DNA of 64,000 bases from positions 1 through 64,000 of IMG/VR virus record IMGVR_UViG_3300021592_000001; one strand, given 5' to 3'. This DNA is from a virus (Duplodnaviria > Caudoviricetes). This document shows, piece after piece, positions 28,953 to 38,925 of this stretch. Position numbers and translations under genes: made by a program. Numbering within the stretch: position 1 is the first letter of the stretch; each line of letters begins with the position of its first letter. Under the pieces are notes generated by a model that did no database searches, was not told the DNA's origin, and saw only the letters and a list, made by a program, of their open reading frames with translations.

Positions 28953-29841
28953 CCCACACTGTCCGAAGGAGGGAGAATTCTATTGTGACAGTGAATGGGG
29001 TGAGCTTCAAGTTGTTCTGCTCCTGTTTTTGAGTAAGGATGCGTTCGAGGCAATCGGAGATAACTATAAAGATGCTATGTTCATTTCCAAACCGAATTAC
29101 GAATTGGTTATGGAAGAGTTCTGGAACTATGTTAATCTTCTTAAGAAGCTGGGTATCAGAGTTCTTGTTCACGAAGTTGATGAATTCTTCCCCAACATAT
29201 TTTATGCGAGGGATCTGGCTGTCATAACACCAGACGGACGCTGTATTCTTGCGAACCCAAAATATAGGATCAGAAAGGGGGAAGAGAAGGTTTTATATAG
29301 GATTCTTCTTTCTACCTATAATAGTGATGAAAGGAAGTATATTTTTGCTCGCAGCACAATGGAAGCGGCAGATCTGTTCTGGTTGAACAACAGATCTGTT
29401 ACAGTTTCCGTGGGCAATAGAACTTCGCCCAAGTTCGCTGACGAATTGAAGACTCTATATCCAGACCTGGAAATCCGACTGTTTGAAGCACTGCCAGAAC
29501 AAGTTCCTCAACATATTCTCGGTCATAAACATATCGTTTCTCATGACTGTATAATTTTGAGGAGTGAGTTAGGAGGCTGTGAAAGTCTGGGATTCAAAAA
29601 AATTATCCATTTGAAGGAGAATCATGAAGTCGTCAATAGATTCTCTATGAATATTGTAACTATCGATTCTTATGAGATAGTGATGCCCGATGGGTGTGAA
29701 GAGACGAAGAGGATTTTTGAGTCTCATGGGATAAGATGTCATACCGTCTATATAGAAGAAATACTGAAAATGGGAGGAGGACTGGCATGTATGACATTAC
29801 CTCTAAAGAGGAAAGAGTATTTCCTTAAGAAAGGAGGGTAA
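28924..29841 (+). CDS. Amidinotransferase / arginine deiminase / DDAH (pentein) family enzyme
   Basis: PNIFYARD, R.GEE, MEAAD, GNRT, His (QHIL), C-terminal GGGLACMT.P catalytic Cys. Confidence 0.9.
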   Translation: MTWTSKLGYDPHCPKEGEFYCDSEWGELQVVLLLFLSKDAFEAIGDNYKDAMFISKPNYELVMEEFWNYVNLLKKLGIRVLVHEVDEFFPNIFYARDLAVITPDGRCILANPKYRIRKGEEKVLYRILLSTYNSDERKYIFARSTMEAADLFWLNNRSVTVSVGNRTSPKFADELKTLYPDLEIRLFEALPEQVPQHILGHKHIVSHDCIILRSELGGCESLGFKKIIHLKENHEVVNRFSMNIVTIDSYEIVMPDGCEETKRIFESHGIRCHTVYIEEILKMGGGLACMTLPLKRKEYFLKKGG

Positions 29842-29844
29842 ACT

Positions 29845-32149
29845 ATGGAAAGAGAATGCCTAAACTGTGATCGACCGTCTGACCCTAAGTACACAGTGTT
29901 TGTATATGAGACACCGTGGGACGACATAGAGGTGGAGAAGAATTTCTGTAGTAAGGAATGTCAGGAGGAATACTTGTATTCTGGCGACTTCTCTTACTTC
30001 TTCTGCGACCGCTGTATGAGAGAAATATGTACCCAGAATCCTGGGAACGGATGGCATATACAGTATCGAGATCACGGTGGAGATACTTTGTGTCTGAAAT
30101 GCTACCAAGAGGTGATACTTGAAAACGGAGTGGAAAGAGATAAATTTGAGGAAGGACGTATTCCAGGGATGTTCTTCTCTTATGGCAATGAGGAAGCTGT
30201 CGAGGCTGGTTATGTAGAAGTGCCTGGATTTTCCAATTTCTATATTCACGATCAGAGTACAGTAGACAGGTTCTGTGGTAAAGCTTTAGAGCTAATTGAC
30301 AAGGGTCAGAAGGTGATCGTAGCGTATGAAAGGATAGCTATAGGCGGAGGTGAGGGTTACGTAACTTTGATGACGAAATCAGGAGAGAACAGATGAGCGA
30401 TTTGAAAAGGCTTTTAGTGTTTAACGTTGACGGTAAAAAGAAAGAATTAGAATTCGATTTAGATCTTAAAACTGGCAAAGCTGTAGTTGATTTTAATGAT
30501 CTGCAGAACTTATTGGACAAGATTTCAATGTATCCGTTTGAATATAAAGTTATAAGTGTTTCAAAATAAGAAAGGAGGGATTGGAAGGTAGAAATGAACG
30601 AGTCTGCCAATGCCAAATATATTCTATTTGTAGATAATCAGTCTGAAGTGTCAAGGGAGTTACTGGAAAAGATAGATAGAATAAGAAACGAAGTCTACGT
30701 GGTGGATGTGTCAGATCCAGAGTTCGGATGTCTATATGATTTTATAAGAAAGTTCAGCCCTACTAAGTATAAAATACCTCTACTGTTTTCCGCACGTGAC
30801 CTGAGAGTTGTTGACGATATACATGAGGAAATCTCTAAGATTTTGGGAAAGGAGGTTCTCAATGAAAGTTGAGATAACGTCTTTTGACAGGAATACGGGC
30901 GAAGCTCGTTTGCAAGAAATCGATATTTCTAATCTCTATTCTGTTAAATTTATCACTGCTGCAGGTAAATTGTTCGACATTTCCTTCGTTGATGAAGGAA
31001 ACAGTATCCGCATCAGAGAGGCTAGTGGTTTCTCCTCTGGAGTGACAGTTCTTCCAGAGGCAAATAATAGTATTATTGTTAAGTGATAATATCATTTGAA
31101 GAAAGGAGGGTATTGTGGAAGCTAGAGATGTTGTCAATAAAGTAACAGATTATCTAAACGTTCTTGGAGATTCTGAGAGAATAAGAGATTTTGTTCTCGA
31201 GATGGAATGTCAGCATAGAACTCTTCAGCAGGGATTTACTCGTCTTTGCATTGCATGGTTAAAGAGACTCGCTGACCCTGACTTTATGTTCGATGACAGA
31301 AATAAGGCAAGTGTAGAACTGGCTAAGCGTTTGAAAGAATATTTGGACAATGCTTATTTACCCTTAATTTAGGAGGAAGCAAGATGTCTTCCTTTGAGAC
31401 AAATTTCGATGGTCTTCTTATAGAGCCAAAGGGGCGAAGACTACTAAAACTGCTTATGTGGATGCTCAGGAATGGTATAGAGTATTACGAGGATCGTGAA
31501 ATTAATTTAGGGAAGGGAGGATCAAATGACGGTTCTGCAGAAAAGGAATAGCTTTGAAGACTACTTTGAAGATGATGTAGAGTATCCTGATTCCTGCATG
31601 ATGGTCGACGATATACTGCCAAGAAATGTGATGCTGAACTACGTATCATCTAGCTTTCTGAATGGTTTTATAAACTACGTAAAAATAATTCGTGTTTGGC
31701 TACTACGAAGATATACTCTTCCCTCCTCGGAGGAGGGAGAATATACAATCTCAATTGCGAAAGAAGATAAGACTGCTATAGAACATCTCAGTCAGGCAAG
31801 TCTTGTAAGTGACGACGGGTACTGGCTGGAGTATAGTTTTACCTGTTTTGATGACTTTATTAAGGCATGGTTAGAATCTGATCACTTTCATGTCAAGTTT
31901 AGTGAGCTGCACGATGATGTAGTTGTTTTGGCACGTTCTGCGTCTCATTACTGGTTCTTCTGGTTTGATCTCGATTGTTCGGATTGCAGTGTGGGGCGGT
32001 TTCAGACGGAAGATCCCGAAGATCTGGTTATTGAGAAATTCGACCAGTACGTGAGAGGGATTCAGTATTCAGAAAACAAACACTATCAAGAGAAGGCAGA
32101 CCCGATATTGATACCCGTTGAAAAATTAAAGGGATGGTTATCGTCCTGA
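29845..32149 (+). CDS. Hypothetical genes (29845 Cys-rich; 30393; 30594; 30862; 31115; 31526)
   Basis: SDs; 30862-31086 paralogous to 10116. Confidence 0.5.
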
Positions 32150-32165
32150 AAGGAGGGATAGGTCG

Positions 32166-33278
32166 ATGAAATGTTTCTATCACAACGATCTGGACGGACG
32201 CTGTGCGGGAGCTATAGTATATAGAGCTGTTTCAAGGAAGGATGATTGGGAATTTATTGAAGTTGATTATAAAGATGAAATTGACATTGATAAGATTGAA
32301 GATGGCGAGAAAATAGTTATCGTAGATTTTTCTTTCGAACCTGAGGTAATGGAAAAGGTCTTGCTGAAGACAGACGATATCATCTGGATAGACCATCACA
32401 AAACATCATTTGAATACAAGTATTCCAGAGAGCTGGACGGATTGAGATTAAATGAGTATTCGGGATGTGAACTTGCCTGGAAATACTTTATGAAGAATAG
32501 ACCGATACCGTATCCTGTCGAATTAATAGGAGATAGAGACACATGGAGATGGAAACATGGTACAACAACAACTTATTTTAATGAAGGGTTGAAACTGTAT
32601 CCTCACCACCCAAAAGACGAAATATGGGACTACCTCCTCTCAGAAAATGAATTTCTGGTATTTGGTTGGGTCAAGGAGATAGTTGAGGAAGGAAGAACCG
32701 CTGCAAGATATAGAGACGTGATTTGTGAAGACTATGCTAATAATTTCGGCTTTGAGACCACATTCGAAGGGTATAGATGTTTTGCGATAGGACTGCTTAT
32801 GTTTGGAAGTCAAGCATTCGGGGAGCGATTTGACCGCTACGACATTTGTCTGGCGTACGAGTTTTTAGGCGACAAGTGGGTAGTCAAGCTTTATTCTGCA
32901 ACTGTGGATGTTTCTGCAGTTGCGAAGAAATATGGAGGGGGAGGACACAAAGGAGCTGCTGGATTTATTTGCAGCGATTTGCCCTTTAAGAAGAAGGGAT
33001 CACAAAATATGAACACGACTCCGTATCAAAAAGCTATGCGGAAGGCTGAAAAATACTTTGCAGAGCAAGAGAAGAAATACGACGAAAGGGAGAAAAGAAT
33101 TTTTATGGTTTCCTGGGGAACTTGTCCAAGGTGCGGATCAGATTTAGTTCAAAAGAAGACAAGAGGGCTTCTTAGTTATCTCTTCTTCGATAAAAATAGC
33201 TACAAGCTTAAGTCTAGGTGTCCGAACTGCGGTTTCTATGACGAGTATCATCATGTAGGGGAAGACGGATTGACATAG
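32166..33278 (+). CDS. DHH/DHHA1 phosphoesterase with C-terminal zinc-ribbon extension
   Basis: YHNDLDG, VDFS, IDHH, SGC, GGGGHKGAAGF; then CPRC..CPNC. Confidence 0.9.
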   Translation: MKCFYHNDLDGRCAGAIVYRAVSRKDDWEFIEVDYKDEIDIDKIEDGEKIVIVDFSFEPEVMEKVLLKTDDIIWIDHHKTSFEYKYSRELDGLRLNEYSGCELAWKYFMKNRPIPYPVELIGDRDTWRWKHGTTTTYFNEGLKLYPHHPKDEIWDYLLSENEFLVFGWVKEIVEEGRTAARYRDVICEDYANNFGFETTFEGYRCFAIGLLMFGSQAFGERFDRYDICLAYEFLGDKWVVKLYSATVDVSAVAKKYGGGGHKGAAGFICSDLPFKKKGSQNMNTTPYQKAMRKAEKYFAEQEKKYDEREKRIFMVSWGTCPRCGSDLVQKKTRGLLSYLFFDKNSYKLKSRCPNCGFYDEYHHVGEDGLT

Positions 33279-33319
33279 AGAAACGACTCTATACCAGTAT
33301 AGAGAAAGGAGGTAAAGTT

Positions 33320-33865
33320 ATGAAAGTGTATTTAGTTCCTACATTACCAGGGAGATATGATGAATTCTTGACTGCTTTAAAAGCGGAGAGTGTTAAAGCT
33401 TCAGAATTTGGCCTTGATAGGTGGACATATGCATCTAAGTGCTATCAATTAGACGCAGATGTTATTCTGGACAGGAAATTAGAAATTCCCACACGATGTG
33501 GACTTGTGATCTTCGATGAAGAGTGGAATATAACAGAGACAAAGGACGGAGAACTTATTAACCTTCTTAGTTTCTATGACTACGATCTGGAGTACAGATG
33601 TAGGAGAGGTAGGCTTGTATGTTTCTGGAGTGTTAAACATTCTTATTCTAAGCTCTATGCTATTATCCATGAGATCATGAAGAACAAGCCAAAAAGTAGG
33701 ACAGAGGAACTAAAAGAGGAAATAAAGAGCAAAGATCAAAAGATACAAGAACTCGAGAAAGAGCTTCAGGAGTGTAGACTTGAGATACAAGAGCTCGAAG
33801 AAAGACTTGATATTATAAGAGAGAAACTGGAAGATAAAATGGAAGAGATATTAGCAATGTTTTAA
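33320..33865 (+). CDS. Hypothetical protein with C-terminal coiled coil
   Basis: SD; heptad E/K/L tail. Confidence 0.55.
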   Translation: MKVYLVPTLPGRYDEFLTALKAESVKASEFGLDRWTYASKCYQLDADVILDRKLEIPTRCGLVIFDEEWNITETKDGELINLLSFYDYDLEYRCRRGRLVCFWSVKHSYSKLYAIIHEIMKNKPKSRTEELKEEIKSKDQKIQELEKELQECRLEIQELEERLDIIREKLEDKMEEILAMF

Positions 33866-33874
33866 TTTTACATA

Positions 33875-34372
33875 ATGAAAGGGCAACTTAATATGGACAA
33901 GAAGATTATAGACATCGGATATAAGAGCGAGTGGCCTGCTTCTGCTCTTAGTAACTTTGCGGCTCACAGATTTGTAATAGATGGAGTAGTATGTGAATCT
34001 ATGGAAGGCTTCCTGCAGTCATTGAAATTTGAAGACCCAGAAGTTCAAGAGAAAGTGTGTAAGCTGGTAGGAGTGAAAGCTAAATATCGAGGCAAGCGGA
34101 AAAAATGGTGGCTGACCCAAACCTTATGGTGGAGAGGAAAGAAATATGATAGACATGGTAAAAGGTATCAGAAATTATTAGACCGAGCTTATCTCGCTCT
34201 ATCAAAGAATAAAGACTTCAGAAAAGCTCTACTCGCAACTGGTGACGCTACGCTGATCCATTCGATTGGTAAGACTGACCCTTATAGGACGATACTAACT
34301 GAGCAGGAATTTTGCTCTAGGTTAGAGAAGATTAGGGAACTAATTAGCAAACGAAGGAAAAAAGAATTGTAA
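33875..34372 (+). CDS. NADAR-family ADP-ribosyl hydrolase (T4 gp30.3-like)
   Basis: LSNFA..F..DG...SMEGFLQSLK, FRKALLATG, H..GK.D...T.LT..EF. Confidence 0.85.
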   Translation: MKGQLNMDKKIIDIGYKSEWPASALSNFAAHRFVIDGVVCESMEGFLQSLKFEDPEVQEKVCKLVGVKAKYRGKRKKWWLTQTLWWRGKKYDRHGKRYQKLLDRAYLALSKNKDFRKALLATGDATLIHSIGKTDPYRTILTEQEFCSRLEKIRELISKRRKKEL

Positions 34373-34388
34373 AAAGGAGGTTAGACAA

Positions 34389-34970
34389 ATGGAAGGGTAT
34401 AAACCACAGAGAATAAGAGTAGCAATATCTGGTCCTCACGGTGTAGGTAAGAGCACTCTTGCAAGGAGAATTGCTGACGAGCTCTGTATATGGTATATAC
34501 CTGAAGTCGCAAGAGAACTTTTGGATAAAGCCCGAGACAGGAATTGGAAGGAATTTAGCGCTGAAGAGGCTTGTGAGTTTGAAAAAGCTATAATCCATTC
34601 GCATCTGTTCTACATAAAGCAAGCTAATCGGATGAACACAAGCTTCGTATCCGACCGCAGTGTCTTTGATGCATTTGGCTATATAGATTGGCAAGAGGAA
34701 TGTCGGGGTATGAAATTGGGTATAAATTACCATCGTATTAAGATGAGAGATTCTTATCTACCTTACATAGATAAGATTCTATTTTTTAAGTTCAGAGAAG
34801 AAGATAATCCTGACGAATCACAATGGTGGTTCCAGAACAGACTCGAAAAATTTTTCTCTTTCGACCCATTCCCTGATATCGTTGTTGAGATTGACAGAAA
34901 GACAGAATTTGAGGAAATTATTAGAATAATAACTTCAACAGGAAATTCATACCAAGCTCAAAAGAGATAG
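34389..34970 (+). CDS. P-loop nucleotide kinase (AAA_28/NadR-like)
   Basis: GPHGVGKSTL, IPEVAR, SDRSVFD..Y. Confidence 0.8.
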   Translation: MEGYKPQRIRVAISGPHGVGKSTLARRIADELCIWYIPEVARELLDKARDRNWKEFSAEEACEFEKAIIHSHLFYIKQANRMNTSFVSDRSVFDAFGYIDWQEECRGMKLGINYHRIKMRDSYLPYIDKILFFKFREEDNPDESQWWFQNRLEKFFSFDPFPDIVVEIDRKTEFEEIIRIITSTGNSYQAQKR

Positions 34971-35011
34971 GGCGTTTTGAGATAACTTTAAACCTATAGG
35001 AGGAAGAAGTC

Positions 35012-36107
35012 ATGTTAGAAATTTATTTAGGTACAGAAGATGAGTTAAGAGGGAATTATTTTACCCTTGAAGAAAAGTTGCCTTTTTGTCCAGGACAACT
35101 AGTCGTCCTAAATTTTTATAATTTATTGGATAAGTATGTCCTTCCGAAGAAAGGAAATCTGACTGGAGAGGATTACAAAAGAAAGCTAGAGGAAAGTAGG
35201 GTTTCTGTTCCAGGAGTTATTAAGAGTGTCAGGCTTTTTGCTCAATCTGCCTGCCGCTTGCCCTTAGCTGACGTCTACTTTCTCTCTCGCTGGAACAGTG
35301 GAGACGTCTCGGGTTACTTAGAAGTAAAAGATATGCCTGTCTGGAGATATGTAAATTGGTCTGAACCTATTCCAAATTGGTTTATTGAAGAGATTAGAAG
35401 TATAGCTAACAGAAATGAGAAAGAGGGTTGCCCAAAAACATGGATGGATATTCCTGTCAAGGATTTGTTCTACATCAGACATATAATAAGAGATGACGGC
35501 AAAATCTCTGTCTACAAAATTTATCCCTTTAGGGAAAGTCCTTCCATCTACCCGATGAAGTGGTGGTGTGGTAATTGTAGCGAACCAGAAGCAGGATACG
35601 AAAGGGGAACTATAACTGAAGAAGTAAACACGAAATTATGGAAGGAAGCTGACAAACAGGAGTGTTAGTATCTATGGAGGCTCTAAAGAGCCGAGAAAGC
35701 TCTGACTGGCTCAGAGGGTAAGGTCAGACTATTTTGTATGTGAACTTCAACTGGGGAGGGAGGCTAAAGGAGGTTTCATGTTTATGTTCATTCCGAATCC
35801 GAAGAGAGTGAAAGTTGGGCAGAAATGTACAAAGTTCTACAAATGTCCGTATTATGGAAAATGTCTCGAGGTAGCGATAGGCTGGGATAATTTTGACTGT
35901 ACGAACTGCTTTATGATCAAGAATGCTAAGGCGAATGATATTGTTACCTTTAAAGCTCGGAGCGGTTCTACAGGAAGAGAAGGACATTCCTCAGAAAGGG
36001 CAAAGAGAGCGATCGTTGAACTGTTCCAGATAGCTCTTGCAGAAATGGACAATTCTATGGAAACGGACGAAAGCGAAAATAAAGGAAATGACCGACATTG
36101 TTTGTAA
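35012..36107 (+). CDS. Hypothetical genes (35012-35668; Cys-rich ORF ending 36107)
   Basis: SDs. Confidence 0.5.
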
Positions 36108-36174
36108 GTCTTTAATAATATTACACTTTTAAAGGTAAAGTTGCTTGTAATTTGTAAACTATATATGTTATAAT
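36101..36174 (+). promoter_or_regulatory. Third member of the conserved promoter family
   Basis: TTGTAA(36145)-18-TATAAT(36169), extended TG; degenerate box AAGTCTTTAATAAT 39 nt before -35. Confidence 0.65.
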
Positions 36175-36185
36175 GAGGCTGCGGT

Positions 36186-36617
36186 ATGACTGAAATAAAA
36201 AACAGGATGAAGATACCTATAACGCTATCTTGCGGTAGAACTATTCCTCCTCAGAAAAGTATAGTAGTCGAAGAGTCTATAGAGTCTCTCACAAGGAGGA
36301 AGGACGTAAAGAACCTCCTCGATAGAGGATGGATAGAGCTTCCGCAGGAGGAACGTAGTGAGGACGTAATCAAAAGGCTTCAGTCACAAGTTAATTCTCT
36401 CAAACTGCGCAATAAGGAATTGTTAAGAGACATTAGGCTTCTGCATGCAAAGCAGGAGTCGAACTGTACAGAGATTGCGGAGATCCTGGCTGCAGATAAG
36501 AATGCCAGGTCTAAATTAAAAAATATTTCTTCGCTAGTGAAGAAATGGAACAGCTTTTTAGAAGCCTATACTATTGAGGAAGATGAGGAAGAGGACTATG
36601 GTGAGTGGGAAGTTTAG
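36186..36617 (+). CDS. Coiled-coil protein whose N-domain resembles the N-domain of the beta-helix protein (229)
   Basis: I.N....I.LS.G....P ... R..DV.NL..RG.I shared. Confidence 0.65.
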   Translation: MTEIKNRMKIPITLSCGRTIPPQKSIVVEESIESLTRRKDVKNLLDRGWIELPQEERSEDVIKRLQSQVNSLKLRNKELLRDIRLLHAKQESNCTEIAEILAADKNARSKLKNISSLVKKWNSFLEAYTIEEDEEEDYGEWEV

Positions 36618-36674
36618 GATCTTCGTGGGAGAGAAGTTGTAAGCCTTCACTAGAAACATTAGTAGGAGGATAAG

Positions 36675-37118
36675 ATGCGTGAGATGCCCTTGGAATTTGA
36701 GAAAGGGTCTGCCTATGTTGACTACGGCAAAACTAGACTATGGGTAGACAAAAGGCTAGTAACTAGGAAGCGTGACGGAGCTGTCATTGTCTATCCTGTT
36801 AAGAATGGTAGGATAGAAGACGGTAATGTACTGCGACCAGCAACTGGTTATACCACTTTCGATATCTTAATTCTACCAGGGTACAGAAGTAGCAGTCGAA
36901 TAGAAGTGATAGAGCCAAATCCCGAGGCAATTCTGGAGTATGAGGCTCGCTACCGTACAAGAAACTCAGGTACATCTTACGGCAAAGTGGTTAGCGTAAG
37001 AGGTGACTATCTGATCTACAGATGGTTCAGAAGTGGTAGGCTTCATGGTAGTCCTGCAACTGGTATAACGTGTGCTACCAGTGACGGGAAGATGAGAGCA
37101 CTTTCTTATGAGGATTAG
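36675..37118 (+). CDS. Hypothetical protein, paralogue of 11778
   Basis: Shared motifs; SD. Confidence 0.7.
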   Translation: MREMPLEFEKGSAYVDYGKTRLWVDKRLVTRKRDGAVIVYPVKNGRIEDGNVLRPATGYTTFDILILPGYRSSSRIEVIEPNPEAILEYEARYRTRNSGTSYGKVVSVRGDYLIYRWFRSGRLHGSPATGITCATSDGKMRALSYED

Positions 37119-37177
37119 ACGCTAGGGAAGGACTGAAAGACGCTTCAAAGGCAAATAAAACTAAAGGAGCGAGAACC

Positions 37178-38086
37178 ATGATAAAATCTGTTTTAGTTGT
37201 CGGAGATGTAATGCTAGATACCTATATTATAGGGGAAGTCAACAGGCTCTCTCCTGAAGCTCCAGTTCCTGTCTTGAGAGTGACCAGAGAACTTAATTAT
37301 CTTGGTGGAGCAGCAAATGTTGCAAGGAACTTAAGAGAATTGGATATGGACGTCACACTAGTTGGCTTAATTGGAAAAGATAAAACGGCAGACACTCTCC
37401 TTAAATTGCTGAACAAGTATGCAATAAATAATTTATTATTGAGCAAAGAGGAAGTCATAACAACTCGGAAAATCAGGCCGATGACCAATTATGGCAAAAC
37501 CCAATTACTAAGGATAGATGAAGAAAATGCAGTTAAAGTTAATATTGACGAAATTGCGGATGAAGTCAAGAAAATAGCTGCTAAATCTCAATTCATAGTA
37601 GTTTCAGATTATGCAAAGGGGGTAGTTACTCCATTGCTGATGCGGATGGTAGATTCTGTAAATGTTCCTATCGTATTAGATCCAAAACCGATAAATTCTG
37701 AAATATATAAAAAGATGAAAAATATAATGGTTTCAACTCCGAACACATCCGAACTGAAAGCTATGACTATTCACCCAACTACATATTCAAAGTATGTTTT
37801 TGAAACAAAAGGACCTGAAGGGATATGTGTTCATCGTAAAAATAAGAGTTCTTTCATAGTAAAACCTGAACGAGTTGAAATCTTCAATGTTATAGGAGCA
37901 GGAGACGTCGTAACAGCAGTCGTAGCCAAGTGTATTTCTGCGGGGATGACAATTGAGAAAACTGCTGCAATAGCATGTGCTTGCGCTTCCAGAGCGGTTA
38001 CAGAACCATGGACTGCTATAGTTGACAAATCACATTTCTATAACGTCTCAAACGAATATAAAGAAATGGAAACATGGGAAGTTTAA
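37178..38086 (+). CDS. RfaE/HldE domain I-like heptose-7-phosphate kinase (PfkB family)
   Basis: VVGDVMLD.Y..G.V.RLSPEAPVPV, GGAANVA.N, SDYAKG, DPK, TPN, GAGD. Confidence 0.9.
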   Translation: MIKSVLVVGDVMLDTYIIGEVNRLSPEAPVPVLRVTRELNYLGGAANVARNLRELDMDVTLVGLIGKDKTADTLLKLLNKYAINNLLLSKEEVITTRKIRPMTNYGKTQLLRIDEENAVKVNIDEIADEVKKIAAKSQFIVVSDYAKGVVTPLLMRMVDSVNVPIVLDPKPINSEIYKKMKNIMVSTPNTSELKAMTIHPTTYSKYVFETKGPEGICVHRKNKSSFIVKPERVEIFNVIGAGDVVTAVVAKCISAGMTIEKTAAIACACASRAVTEPWTAIVDKSHFYNVSNEYKEMETWEV

Positions 38087-38128
38087 TATTGCGGAGACAT
38101 TTTACTCTTCCTCGTAAGGGAGAGGGAG

Positions 38129-38917
38129 ATGAAAGTTAATGTAGTTTATGCAAAGTCGTTCTTTGGCCTCGACGAAGTTGAAGATGATTCCGTAGATTTG
38201 ATTTTCGCTGATCCTCCATACGGAATTTCCAAGGATACATTACTATCCAATCCACAGATTGGCTACGAACCAAAAAAGGGAAACTGGGATTTAGTCAGCA
38301 AAGAGTATCTAAAAGAATTTGCGGAACACCTCGGAGCTGATGCCTTGCGAGTACTGAAGCCCAGCGGAAGCATAGTCGTGTCGGGAGTATTCGGCTCCCT
38401 TAGGCCATATTTTGCGAATTTTGTATCTCTCGGTTTTAAGTTTCGTCATCATATCGTATGGCACAAGACGAATCCTGCTCCCTCGGTGCACCGTAGATCC
38501 TTTGTTTATTCCAACGAAATTTTATTATGGTTCAGTAAGACAAATAAATGGTATTTTGATTATGATTTATCGAAAACATACAACAAAGGTAAGCAGCTTC
38601 ACGACGTATGGGACATTCCATCTGTCAGAAAACAGGCAGGAGTTACAAGGAAACCTAAGGAACTGATGGAGAGAATCGTTAGAATTCTCTCCCCGGAAGG
38701 AGGGTTAGTTCTCGATCCTTGTGTCGGTTCAGGAACGACTATCGAGGTTGCTAGAAAATTCCGCAGAAAGTTCGTTGCCTACGAAATAGGCAACGAACAG
38801 CTCAAACTACTAAGGAAGAAGAAATTCAATGTGGTAAATCACAAAATAAAGGTTCGTCTGAGACCGAAGATGAGAAAGAGAGGAGTGAAACTCAAACACT
38901 TCCACTTTTGTGATTGA
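38129..38917 (+). CDS. DNA amino-methyltransferase, beta class
   Basis: DLIFADPPY ... KP..LMERI ... VLDPCVGSGTT. Confidence 0.9.
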   Translation: MKVNVVYAKSFFGLDEVEDDSVDLIFADPPYGISKDTLLSNPQIGYEPKKGNWDLVSKEYLKEFAEHLGADALRVLKPSGSIVVSGVFGSLRPYFANFVSLGFKFRHHIVWHKTNPAPSVHRRSFVYSNEILLWFSKTNKWYFDYDLSKTYNKGKQLHDVWDIPSVRKQAGVTRKPKELMERIVRILSPEGGLVLDPCVGSGTTIEVARKFRRKFVAYEIGNEQLKLLRKKKFNVVNHKIKVRLRPKMRKRGVKLKHFHFCD

Positions 38918-38925
38918 GGATAAAG

